Origin: a virus
Reading direction: 5' to 3' (one strand)
DNA: 64,000 nucleotides
IMG/VR virus record: IMGVR_UViG_3300045927_000329
Location: 7,618 to 71,617 of that record
The notes under the pieces were generated by a model. The model ran no database searches. It was not told the origin of the DNA and saw nothing but the letters and a program-made list of their open reading frames with translations. Positions 26,180 through 34,068 of this stretch are shown here, in pieces. Position 1 is the first letter of the stretch. Each line of letters starts with the position of its first letter. The position numbers and the translations under genes were made by a program.

Positions 26180-27571
26180 ATGGCAGGCCAGAAGGCCGTC
26201 GTCGCCGATCCGTTCCGCGCGCCCACCGCGCCCGCCTGGCTCGGCAGGCTGCGCGACTGGGTCGATCAGCCCCGCCCGCCCGACTGGTGGACCACCCCGG
26301 TCGAGTTCCCCGGCAAGGCACTCGCGACCGAGGCCGCGCGCAGCGCGCTCCAGTGGCTGACCAACCCGCAGACCGCCGTTGACGCCCTCGCCACCACCGG
26401 CGTCCCGGGCGGCCCCCCGCGCCCGCCCGGCGTACGCGCTTTTCACGGCAGCCCGCACGACTTCGACCGCTTCGACTTCTCTCGAATCGGCAGCGGCCAG
26501 GGCGCGCAGACCTACGGCCACGGGCTCTACTTCGCCGAGCGCGAGCCGGTGGCGCGCACCTACCGCAACGATCTCTCGCCGCGCCCCGAGGTGCTCGTCG
26601 GCGGAGAGCCGCTCGACCAGTTCGGCTACATCCGCGGGGGCCAGCGTGTCCACGACCCGATCGCCGCTGTCGTCGGTGGGCGCCTCTCCTACGCTGCGAA
26701 CCGGGAGCGGCAGTTCGGCCGCACGCCGGACGTGGCGACCCTCGTGCAAAACCTCCGCAACGAGATCGCCGCGGCCACGCACAATGCCTCGCTCGCCACC
26801 TACAACCAGCTGGAGGATCAGCGCCTCATGCTGGACCGGATGATGGAGCGGGGGATTACCCTGACCGACCCGGGCCGCATGTACGAGGTGAACCTCGGCA
26901 TCGACCCCGCTCGCCTCCTCGACTACGACCGCCGCCTCGGCGAGCAGCCGCACGTCATCGAGGCGCTGCGCAAGCTCGGGCTCCAGGACCTCTACGGCGG
27001 CGAGGCGCTCGGCTTCCCGCTGCGCGACCCGCGCAAGGCGATCGAGTTTCCACTGGAGGCGACCGGCGGGCAGGCCTACGTCAATCTCGCGCGCGCGCAG
27101 GCGCCGCCGCTGCCGCCCGCCCTGCGCGACTCGATCCTCGCCGACCGCATCCCCGCTGACGAGCGTGCCGCCTCCGCCGCGCTGGCGCGCACCGGCATCC
27201 CGGGCCTGCGCTACCTCGATCAGTATTCGCGCGGCAGCGCGCCCGAGGTCGAGGCGATGCGTCGTCGGCTCGGCGATCTCCAGGAGAACCTGACCGCCTT
27301 CGATCGTCTGGTCGCGGCCGGCCAGGCGCGGCCCTCCGCGCCGCAGCGTCAGCACTTCCAGACACAGATCGACCTGCTCACCACGCGCCTGGCTCAGCTC
27401 CAGGAGCCGACGCGTAACTACGTCATCTGGGATCCCTCGGTCTCGATCGACATCCTCCGCAAGTACGGCCTGCTCGCCCCGCTCCTCGGCGGCGGCACCC
27501 TCGCCGGCCGCCAGCCGCAGCCGTCCTCCTCGCGCTCTTCGCCGCCGCCGGTCCTCGCGCCGTCGCACTAA
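26180..27571 (+). CDS. Protein with ART-PolyVal-like (ADP-ribosyltransferase fold) domain
   Basis: AFHGSPHDFDRFDFSRIGSGQGAQTYGHGLYFAE...MYEV...GIPGLRYLD...NYVIWD. Confidence 0.75.
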   Translation: MAGQKAVVADPFRAPTAPAWLGRLRDWVDQPRPPDWWTTPVEFPGKALATEAARSALQWLTNPQTAVDALATTGVPGGPPRPPGVRAFHGSPHDFDRFDFSRIGSGQGAQTYGHGLYFAEREPVARTYRNDLSPRPEVLVGGEPLDQFGYIRGGQRVHDPIAAVVGGRLSYAANRERQFGRTPDVATLVQNLRNEIAAATHNASLATYNQLEDQRLMLDRMMERGITLTDPGRMYEVNLGIDPARLLDYDRRLGEQPHVIEALRKLGLQDLYGGEALGFPLRDPRKAIEFPLEATGGQAYVNLARAQAPPLPPALRDSILADRIPADERAASAALARTGIPGLRYLDQYSRGSAPEVEAMRRRLGDLQENLTAFDRLVAAGQARPSAPQRQHFQTQIDLLTTRLAQLQEPTRNYVIWDPSVSIDILRKYGLLAPLLGGGTLAGRQPQPSSSRSSPPPVLAPSH

Positions 27572-27580
27572 AAGCGGCGC

Positions 27581-27790
27581 TCAGCGGCGCTCATCGGCGG
27601 CGGCGCCGTCCGCGGCGTCTCGGCGCTCGGCGAGCACCGCCTCGATCAGGCGGAGCCGGCCGTTACAGAAGTCGCGATCGGCCCCGCATTCGCGGTCGAG
27701 GAGGAAGGCCTGCTGCAGCAGGTACAGCTCCCGCGTGCGCATGGTGCCGTACACCAGGCGGAGGTCCGCGCCGGGGTCAGCGGCGGTCAT
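27581..27790 (-). CDS. Cassette ORF (69 aa, MTAAD...GAAADERR)
   Basis: Starts in one repeat and ends in the terminal degenerate repeat. Confidence 0.7.
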   Translation of the reverse strand: MTAADPGADLRLVYGTMRTRELYLLQQAFLLDRECGADRDFCNGRLRLIEAVLAERRDAADGAAADERR

Positions 27791-27802
27791 CGGCGGCGCC
27801 CG

Positions 27803-27964
27803 TCACTTCGAGTCGATCCAGCACTGCTCGCATAACACCTCTCCCGGTACGATCATCTCGAAGCGTTCGCACCACGCGCAGCGGCCCAACCGGAAATACC
27901 GCCAGCCACCGGTCAGCCACAGCCAGAGTACGCGGCACGGGTGAACAGCGTCAGCGGCGGTCAT
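27803..27964 (-). CDS. Cassette ORF (53 aa, CxxC...CxxC)
   Basis: Hand-translated MTAADAVHPCRVLWLWLTGGWRYFRLGRCAWCERFEMIVPGEVLCEQCWIDSK; stops at the first TGA of the next repeat. Confidence 0.65.
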   Translation of the reverse strand: MTAADAVHPCRVLWLWLTGGWRYFRLGRCAWCERFEMIVPGEVLCEQCWIDSK

Positions 27965-28181
27965 CGGCGGCGCCCGTCCCTCTATTCGCGGCGCGCCACT
28001 CGTTCACGAAGCAGAGAGCGCACACAGGCTGATTGAGATCAGGCGCGTCATGGAACCTGATCGTTCCGCCGATGTGGTCTTCGCACATGACGACCTGCCG
28101 GCACAGGCGACAGCGCACGAGCAGCCCGGCCTCTGCGAGCGTCTTGCCGCAGGTCACGCAGGCGAGGTCAGCGGCGGTCAT
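27951..28181 (-). CDS. Cassette ORF (76 aa, Cys-rich Zn finger)
   Basis: MTAAD...CVTC...CRLC...CEDH...CALC...GAADDRR. Confidence 0.7.
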   Translation of the reverse strand: MTAADLACVTCGKTLAEAGLLVRCRLCRQVVMCEDHIGGTIRFHDAPDLNQPVCALCFVNEWRAANRGTGAADDRR

Positions 28182-28356
28182 CGGCGGCGCCCTCCGCAGG
28201 CGTGAACGTGACGCCGCCCTCGCGCAGCAGGCACTCGATAATCTCTTTCACCGTCGTCAGCAACTTGCCGCTCGCGTCGTAGTGCTTCGTACCACGGGCG
28301 AGCGCCTCGGTGATCTCGCGCAGCAGGATGCGCGCGTTCTCATCAGCGGCGGTCAT
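28168..28356 (-). CDS. Cassette ORF (62 aa)
   Basis: MTAADENAR...GAADDRR. Confidence 0.7.
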   Translation of the reverse strand: MTAADENARILLREITEALARGTKHYDASGKLLTTVKEIIECLLREGGVTFTPAEGAADDRR

Positions 28357-28606
28357 CGGCGGCGCCCGTCACCTTCACCGGATACCCTGCTGCATCGTAG
28401 CTACGCGGGTCCGGGTAGTAGGCTTTCCCCAACGTCGAGAGCGTCTTGCGCCACTCCTTCTCGTAGTAGCACGCAGCCCCGCAGACGGCCTGATCGAACC
28501 CGTGCCATGTGCGGTTCACGGTGGCGGCGTAGGTCACGCCGCAGATGCAACAGAACAACGGCATCTCAGAATAGAGGGACATGGTCGTCCGGTCAGCGGC
28601 GGTCAT
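28343..28606 (-). CDS. Cassette ORF (87 aa, Zn-binding)
   Basis: MTAADRTT...CCICG...VCGAAC...GAADDRR. Confidence 0.7.
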   Translation of the reverse strand: MTAADRTTMSLYSEMPLFCCICGVTYAATVNRTWHGFDQAVCGAACYYEKEWRKTLSTLGKAYYPDPRSYDAAGYPVKVTGAADDRR

Positions 28607-28760
28607 CGGCGGCGCCCTTCCATCCGTTCGCGGCAAGCCACTGCGCCAAGTCGATGATCAGCAGCGCAACCTCCTGCGGCGTCAACGCGCATTCTGGCGA
28701 GTAGGGCCAGCGGTAGAGCGGCTCCGGTGGCCGTTCGTCTTTGCGCTTAGCGGCGGTCAT
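28593..28760 (-). CDS. Cassette ORF (55 aa)
   Basis: Hand-translated MTAAKRKDERPPEPLYRWPYSPECALTPQEVALLIIDLAQWLAANGWKGAADDRR. Confidence 0.65.
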   Translation of the reverse strand: MTAAKRKDERPPEPLYRWPYSPECALTPQEVALLIIDLAQWLAANGWKGAADDRR

Positions 28761-28986
28761 CGGCGGCGCCCGTCACCATGAAGTCGTGCGCCCAGTCCTG
28801 CCGATACGTGCAGTCCTCACAGACCCAGCCAGCGGGCGTCGCGACCAGCACGCGGTGCCGCGAATCTGTGCCGCAGGTGAACGGGTGGACCCGTCCGTTA
28901 TGCTGCCACCGATTCAGGGCGTCGATCTGTTCAGGCGTGAACGGTGCTCGAATGTGCATGTCGTGTGCTCTCTTAGCGGCGGTCAT
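28747..28986 (-). CDS. Cassette ORF (79 aa, Zn ribbon)
   Basis: APFTPEQIDALNRWQ...HPFTCG...LVATPAGWVCEDCTYRQDWAH. Confidence 0.75.
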   Translation of the reverse strand: MTAAKRAHDMHIRAPFTPEQIDALNRWQHNGRVHPFTCGTDSRHRVLVATPAGWVCEDCTYRQDWAHDFMVTGAADDRR

Positions 28987-29209
28987 CGGCGGCGCCCGTC
29001 ACGTAGTCGCGGCATTCTTGGCAGTCGCACGCCTTCCCGGTGCGCTCGCCACGAACATAGGCATTGCGCCCGTGGCATCGGTGTTCAAACGGCGCGCGAA
29101 CGTTGCACCCGTCGCAGATGATCGACGGCCGCGTCATCTCATATTCCTTGTAGCCTTGCCCCTTGTCGTGGTCTGTGGTGATGTCCATGCCTTGCCTCCA
29201 AGGTCGCAT
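28973..29209 (-). CDS. Cassette ORF (78 aa, Cys/His-rich)
   Basis: Starts in the 18-bp type-2 repeat and ends GAADDRR in the type-1 repeat. Confidence 0.65.
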   Translation of the reverse strand: MRPWRQGMDITTDHDKGQGYKEYEMTRPSIICDGCNVRAPFEHRCHGRNAYVRGERTGKACDCQECRDYVTGAADDRR

Positions 29210-29570
29210 AACCGTGATTACGTTTCCTTCGGCTCGATCAGTTTGAAGTCGCCGTCAACGAACTTCCGCAACGCCGCCTCTGCGGATCGGGCGCGGAGGA
29301 TCGCCGCTTGTTCGACCGCGTGATGCGCTGCCATGGCTTCCGTCAGCCGCGCCACCTCGCGCTCCAGCTGCTCGATCTCCGCGACGAAGCTCTCCAGCAG
29401 CTTGTACGCTGCGTAGGTGTCCGCGCCGTAGATCGTGCCGCCCGCGATCGGGTTGATGCCGGTGTCGCTGAGCAGCCCGACGACCTCCCCGCGCCCCTTC
29501 TCCAGGATCGCCTTCGCCCGCTGCAGGTCTTCTTCAATCGTGTCGTAGTAGGGCATAACCGTGATTACGT
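29206..29570 (-). repeat. Second junction repeat ACGTAATCACGGTTATGC x2
   Basis: Exact 18-bp copies at 29206-29223 and 29553-29570, each containing a TAA stop and the next ATG. Confidence 0.9.
29218..29556 (-). CDS. Hypothetical coiled-coil protein (112 aa)
   Basis: Bounded by the type-2 repeats. Confidence 0.7.
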   Translation of the reverse strand: MPYYDTIEEDLQRAKAILEKGRGEVVGLLSDTGINPIAGGTIYGADTYAAYKLLESFVAEIEQLEREVARLTEAMAAHHAVEQAAILRARSAEAALRKFVDGDFKLIEPKET

Positions 29571-30428
29571 CAACGAGTCCGGTGGCGCTTTACAGGTGCA
29601 AGTGGCGAACGCCAGATCGCAATCCGCTTCGTGTTCGCGTGAACACAACGAGCACCCGTTCGGCACCTGCGGATTGACCATCGTCAGCTTGAGCAGCCGC
29701 GCCACCTCGCGCTCCAGTTCCTGCACCCGTTCATGCGCCTCGTTCCACAGCGTCTGCCAGTCGTTGGCCCGGGTGTGCTCCTCGCCCGCCTTCTTGTCCC
29801 AGAAGTCGCGGTCCTCGGTCAGCCGCTCCACCTCGGCCTCCAGGTCCACGACGTCCGCGAACGGGACCATGCCCCCGACGGCCGCTTCGAGTTCGCTCAG
29901 TCGGGCGAGGTAGCGGTCGCCTTCGCGCGTCAGCGCCGCGACCTGTTCCCCGTACTGCGCCTGCATCGCTTTCATGGCGACCCAGTAGTTGTGTTGGTTG
30001 TCGACCAGTGCGACCTGCGCCTCGCTTAGCTTCTTCTGCAGCCCGTCGGCGGCGGCGTGGTAGGTGTCGGCCATGTGCGCGAGATCGTGCTCCAGCTCCG
30101 CGACCCGCGCCTGCCACTTCGCATCACACTTGGCGAGGTAGTTGTCGAGGTCTCTGGCGTGGTCGCGCTCCAGGTCCGCGACGCGCGCCTCCGCCGCCCG
30201 CGCCCGCTCGATCCAGTCCAGCCGCGTCCCCGCATACGACTGTTCGCCAATGGCGGCGTGGTACTCCGCCGTGAGCTGCAGGACCGCCTGCTCCAGCTCC
30301 GCGATGCGCGTCTGGAGCGTCGTGTCGAGCGCCTCCATCTCGCCGCGCTTCACATAGTGCGCCTCGAAGTCCTCGTCGCAGGTGAGGCACTCGCCGTTGT
30401 GATCGGGCTTGAAGTCGCTGCAGGCCAT
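29565..30428 (-). CDS. Long coiled-coil protein with terminal Cys motifs
   Basis: Heptad segments RIAELE/RVADLE/RVQELE; RBS GAGG before ATG 30428. Confidence 0.7.
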   Translation of the reverse strand: MACSDFKPDHNGECLTCDEDFEAHYVKRGEMEALDTTLQTRIAELEQAVLQLTAEYHAAIGEQSYAGTRLDWIERARAAEARVADLERDHARDLDNYLAKCDAKWQARVAELEHDLAHMADTYHAAADGLQKKLSEAQVALVDNQHNYWVAMKAMQAQYGEQVAALTREGDRYLARLSELEAAVGGMVPFADVVDLEAEVERLTEDRDFWDKKAGEEHTRANDWQTLWNEAHERVQELEREVARLLKLTMVNPQVPNGCSLCSREHEADCDLAFATCTCKAPPDSLT

Positions 30429-30439
30429 CGTCGTCGTCC

Positions 30440-30682
30440 TCACCGTCGCGGCTGGCGTGCCTTGAACGCGGCCAGCTGCACCGCGATCACGACATCGGCG
30501 AGGATCTCCTCGGCCGGCAGGTCCTGCCAGATCGCGAGCAGCCCCTCGTGCCGAGCGATGCGTAGCCGATCGACCTGGTCCCAGTCCAGGAGCGGCCCCG
30601 GGTGAACCGGACAGCCGCTCGTGCTGGTCGAGCGGTACTGGCCGTTGACGATGATGCAGGTGCAGTCGGGGTGGTGGGCCAT
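30440..30682 (-). CDS. Hypothetical protein (80 aa)
   Basis: MAHHPDCTC...CPVH; TGATG overlap. Confidence 0.6.
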   Translation of the reverse strand: MAHHPDCTCIIVNGQYRSTSTSGCPVHPGPLLDWDQVDRLRIARHEGLLAIWQDLPAEEILADVVIAVQLAAFKARQPRR

Positions 30683-30858
30683 CAGCTCGGCCTGATCAAC
30701 TCGTTGGTGATCTGCATCATCTCTTCCAGGATGGCGTGCATCCGCGACACGTTGGCGATCGACGCCTTGAGGCGTTCGATCTCGTCGCCCTGGGCCTTGA
30801 AGAGTTCCTGTTGAAATTCGTAGTGCTTGCGGATGAGGGCCTTCTCGTGTTCGGTCAT
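30682..30858 (-). CDS. Small coiled-coil protein (58 aa)
   Basis: Hand-translated MTEHEKALIRKHYEFQQELFKAQGDEIERLK...; RBS GGAGG/GAGG. Confidence 0.6.
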   Translation of the reverse strand: MTEHEKALIRKHYEFQQELFKAQGDEIERLKASIANVSRMHAILEEMMQITNELIRPS

Positions 30859-30882
30859 CGTCGTCGTCCTCGTCCTCCCCGG

Positions 30883-31095
30883 CTACTGCGGCAGGCGCGA
30901 CAGGTTCCACAACAGCCAGAAGATGCCGATGGTCAAGCCGGTCTGGATGACGAGCGTGCTCTTGATGACGGCGAGGTCGCGCTTCATGCTCGCCAGGTCG
31001 TCGAGCGAGGCGGCTTCCCTGGCTTCGGCCTCAGTCGCGGTGGGGACCCGTTTGAGCAGGTCGTAGAGCGCCATGTTCATCGTCTTGATCGGCAT
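30883..31095 (-). CDS. DUF1640-like coiled-coil plus TM protein
   Basis: NMALYDLL...LASMKRDL...C-terminal TM; paralog of 59542-59754. Confidence 0.6.
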   Translation of the reverse strand: MPIKTMNMALYDLLKRVPTATEAEAREAASLDDLASMKRDLAVIKSTLVIQTGLTIGIFWLLWNLSRLPQ

Positions 31096-31154
31096 CGTCG
31101 TCGTCCTCCGCGTCGTCGTCCCCCGCTAGCCTACCACCACCGCCCGCCCTCCCG

Positions 31155-31195
31155 CTTAGGGGGATCTTGACGACCCCCCGATCTGCCCCGACGCT
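31155..31195 (+). promoter_or_regulatory. Putative late promoter motif CTTAGGGGGATCTTGAC
   Basis: Related motifs at 15858, 16621 and 40574, all at starts of plus-strand gene blocks. Confidence 0.5.
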
Positions 31196-31203
31196 TCCAG
31201 ACC

Positions 31204-31362
31204 ATGCCGCTCACCGACTCCGGCTCCAAGGTCCTCCGCTCGATGACCTCGCAGTACGGCGCGGAGAAGGGCAAGCGCGTCTTCTACGCCACGGCGAATA
31301 AGAAACCAGGACTTGGGAAGAAGTGGCACGCCAAACGGGCAATGAGCAGCGGCCGGCGTTAA
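31204..31362 (+). CDS. Small basic conserved phage protein (52 aa)
   Basis: Hand-translated MPLTDSGSKVLRSMTSQYGAEKGKRVFYATANKK..., a motif I recognise from phage head regions. Confidence 0.7.
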   Translation: MPLTDSGSKVLRSMTSQYGAEKGKRVFYATANKKPGLGKKWHAKRAMSSGRR

Positions 31363-31441
31363 CGGTTGAACTACCGCGCACGGTATCGCGCGGCGTAAGC
31401 AGCTCCTCGGCGGTGACCCGACGGTCGCCAGGGTTCGGGCC

Positions 31442-31606
31442 ATGGCAGCGTTCGGCGGCAAGCAGGCGCCGCCCTTCGGGAAGAAGGGCGCAGGCGCACG
31501 CAAATCCAGCAAGGGTCGGAAGCCGACCAAGGACGAACGAGGCGGCTCGCCCGCCAGTAAGGCCTTGCGCCAGCCCCGTTCGATGCGGGGCGGAGGGCGC
31601 TACTGA
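31442..31606 (+). CDS. Small Lys/Arg/Gly-rich protein (54 aa)
   Basis: MAAFGGKQAPPFGKKG...; TGATG overlap with the next gene. Confidence 0.55.
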   Translation: MAAFGGKQAPPFGKKGAGARKSSKGRKPTKDERGGSPASKALRQPRSMRGGGRY

Positions 31607-32010
31607 TGTGGCCCCCGGCCGGCACCGGCTTCCCGGGCATGGGCCCGTCCTCTGGCGCCAGCGCGCTCGACATGCCGCCGCCGTCTCCCACGCCGATGGG
31701 CGGCAGCCCGCTCGACCCGCTCAGCCCGCGCGGCCTCGTCCCGCCCGGCCCGGTCCCGTCGCAGCAGATGCCGCCCGAGATCCTCACCGGTATCACGCAG
31801 TCGGCGCAGGCGATCTCCGACACCTTCGACGCCTGGAGCCAGGTGACGCCCAACCGCGCCGCCCAGCTCGCGCTCATCAAGGACATGCTCCAGCAATACC
31901 TCGCCGACGTGATGGCTGACGGCGCTGGACCGACGACTCCGACTGCCAGTGGTCCGGCGTTCCCTGGCGGCGGCATCGACCGCGGCATGGCAGGTGCCGG
32001 GGCGATCTAA
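31606..32010 (+). CDS. Pro-rich hypothetical head-region protein
   Basis: ORF with a central helical hairpin; high GC3. Confidence 0.6.
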   Translation: MWPPAGTGFPGMGPSSGASALDMPPPSPTPMGGSPLDPLSPRGLVPPGPVPSQQMPPEILTGITQSAQAISDTFDAWSQVTPNRAAQLALIKDMLQQYLADVMADGAGPTTPTASGPAFPGGGIDRGMAGAGAI

Positions 32011-32121
32011 CTGAAACACGCCACTTACCGACGACCGTGCTGAGAGGTGTCCCGGCTGCCCTTGCCCGCTCCCGCGGAGGGGTCCGCCTGGCCGCTTGCC
32101 TCGTGCGGAAGGAGTAGGTCG

Positions 32122-32949
32122 ATGGGTGCATTCGAGTCCGGTCAATCGTTCCTCGCTGGCGTGCTCGCCAAGCTCCCGCCGGAGCTGCGCGCACAGGCGG
32201 AGACGGTCTTCAGCGGAGACCTCGCGAAGGAGGCCGTCACCCTCGCCGGGGATGGCGTGCTGGCCCGCAGCGACTACAGCCGCAACATGGATCTGCTGCG
32301 CGAGAAAGAACGCGAGCTGACGCAGTACTACGAGCGCCTCAATGGTTGGTACTCCGACAACCGCACCGCGCTCGATCGCGCGCGCGAGCTGGAGACCGCC
32401 GCCGGTAACGGGAATGGTAACGGGAATCCGAATCCCAATCCCGCGCCTGCGCCCGGCCCGGCCCCCGCGCCCGCGCCGACTGGTGTCCTCTCGGCCGCCG
32501 ACATCCGCCGCATCGCGGACGAAGCGGTCAACGACGCCGGCCGCGACTACATCGCCGTCACCGCCTTCCTCGCCACGCAGGGCGCCCGGCACTCGCACCT
32601 GTTCGGTGAGCCACTCGACATGACCGAGCTGGTCGCCAATCCCAAGCTCGGCAAACCCGTCTACGGCGACCCGTCGCGAGTGTTCTCGCTGCAGGACGCC
32701 TACATCGAGAAGTACGGGGAGCGGCTCACGGCCAAGCACAAGGAGATCGAAGACAAACGGTTCAACGACGAGGTCGATCGTCGCCTGCAGGAACGGCTGA
32801 AAGCCACCACCTCCACGCATCCGTTCCCGCTGCGCGCCGAGTCCTCGCCCCTCGATGTGCTCTCGACCAAGGAAGGTCCCGCCGCCCACACGCTCGATTC
32901 GGCCGTCGCCGAGTACGAGCGCCTGCAGGCCGCGCGCGGGGTCGCCTAG
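32122..32949 (+). CDS. Putative capsid scaffolding protein
   Basis: Immediately upstream of the MCP; charged helical, SDYSR motif; RBS AAGGAG. Confidence 0.7.
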   Translation: MGAFESGQSFLAGVLAKLPPELRAQAETVFSGDLAKEAVTLAGDGVLARSDYSRNMDLLREKERELTQYYERLNGWYSDNRTALDRARELETAAGNGNGNGNPNPNPAPAPGPAPAPAPTGVLSAADIRRIADEAVNDAGRDYIAVTAFLATQGARHSHLFGEPLDMTELVANPKLGKPVYGDPSRVFSLQDAYIEKYGERLTAKHKEIEDKRFNDEVDRRLQERLKATTSTHPFPLRAESSPLDVLSTKEGPAAHTLDSAVAEYERLQAARGVA

Positions 32950-32981
32950 CCCGGGTCTGGTGAGCCGCCACAGGAGGTCTC

Positions 32982-34034
32982 GTGGCCATACAGCTCGACG
33001 ACGTCAACACCACCGTCACGAAGGAAATCGAACCCGGTGTCGTTGACGGCTACTTCAAGGCCGGTCCCTTCATCGCGATGGCGAAGTCGCGCTTCAATCG
33101 CAAGTGGATCGGCCCGCAGATTCAAGAAAATTTCATGTACAAGCCGATGAAGGGCGGCGCCTACAAGAAGGGCGCCAGCTTCGACATCACGCGGCGGCAG
33201 ACCCGCACGGGCCTGCTCTTCGGGCCGCGCTACTACCAGGTCGGCGTGACCGAGTTCCTCGAAGACATCGAAGTCGAGATGGCCGGTCCGCGCGCCGCCT
33301 TCAGCGTCATCCGCACCGACATGGCGCAGGCCTCGCTCACCATGTCCGCGATCCTGGAGATCGCCGCCTTCCATCACGGCCAGGCGATCCCGGGTGACGA
33401 TCGCTCCGCGGAGATCAACGGGCTCGAAGAGGCCTACGGCAGCGCCGCGACCGCCTCCTGGGCGGGGAACCTCTTCCCCTCCTACGGCGGCCAGACGCGC
33501 GCCGACGTCAGCCCCGCGCTCGACGCGCCCACGGGCCTCATCCCGGCCAACCTCAACGGCCAGCCGATCTCCTACCGCGTGCTGCGCCATTCGTACTTCA
33601 GCTGCATCATCGGCAACGAAGCGCCCACCATCGGCATCACCACGAACCGCTGCATGGGCTTCATCGCTGAGAACTTCCTGCCCCACCAGATCATCGACAC
33701 GACCCAGCCCGAGATCAACTGGCCGGGCATGAAGTTCGACAAGGCGACGATCACGATGTCGCAGTACTGCCCGGGGGCCGACGGCGTCAACGACGAGGAC
33801 CTCGGCAACTACTACGCGCCCTACGAGACCTTCTGGTGGCTGAACTTCGGCCCGCCTGGAGACGACGCCTACATCCGCCTCTACATCGCGCAGTCGCGGA
33901 AGTTCGCCTTCGGCTTCACCGGCTTCAAGGGCGCGCGCCAGGACAACCAGGTCGCCGGCCAGATCCTCTTCGGCGGCAATCTCACCGTGAAGGCGCTGCG
34001 GCTGTCGCGCGTGATCCACGGCATCGGCAGCTAA
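32982..34034 (+). CDS. Major capsid protein
   Basis: 350 aa, RBS AGGAGG, INGL motif, HK97-like layout, very high GC3. Confidence 0.85.
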   Translation: MAIQLDDVNTTVTKEIEPGVVDGYFKAGPFIAMAKSRFNRKWIGPQIQENFMYKPMKGGAYKKGASFDITRRQTRTGLLFGPRYYQVGVTEFLEDIEVEMAGPRAAFSVIRTDMAQASLTMSAILEIAAFHHGQAIPGDDRSAEINGLEEAYGSAATASWAGNLFPSYGGQTRADVSPALDAPTGLIPANLNGQPISYRVLRHSYFSCIIGNEAPTIGITTNRCMGFIAENFLPHQIIDTTQPEINWPGMKFDKATITMSQYCPGADGVNDEDLGNYYAPYETFWWLNFGPPGDDAYIRLYIAQSRKFAFGFTGFKGARQDNQVAGQILFGGNLTVKALRLSRVIHGIGS

Positions 34035-34068
34035 GTCGAGGCTCGTTGCAGCTTCAAGGAGATTCGTC

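Larger units (their letters stand above)
27581..29002 (-). repeat. Array of 8 direct repeats (GTGAC)GGGCGCCGCCGATGACCGCCGCT(G/A)A separating small ORFs
   Basis: Plus-strand copies start at 27581 (degenerate), 27777, 27951, 28168, 28343, 28593, 28747, 28973; periods 154-250 bp. Confidence 0.97.

Noticed and set aside
27581-29002. CRISPR array
   Set aside because: Intervals are 125-225 bp, variable and protein-coding; the repeat is non-palindromic and there is no cas operon.
27581-29002. Classical integron with attC sites
   Set aside because: No tyrosine integrase, no RYYYAAC/GTTRRRY ends and no long imperfect palindrome.
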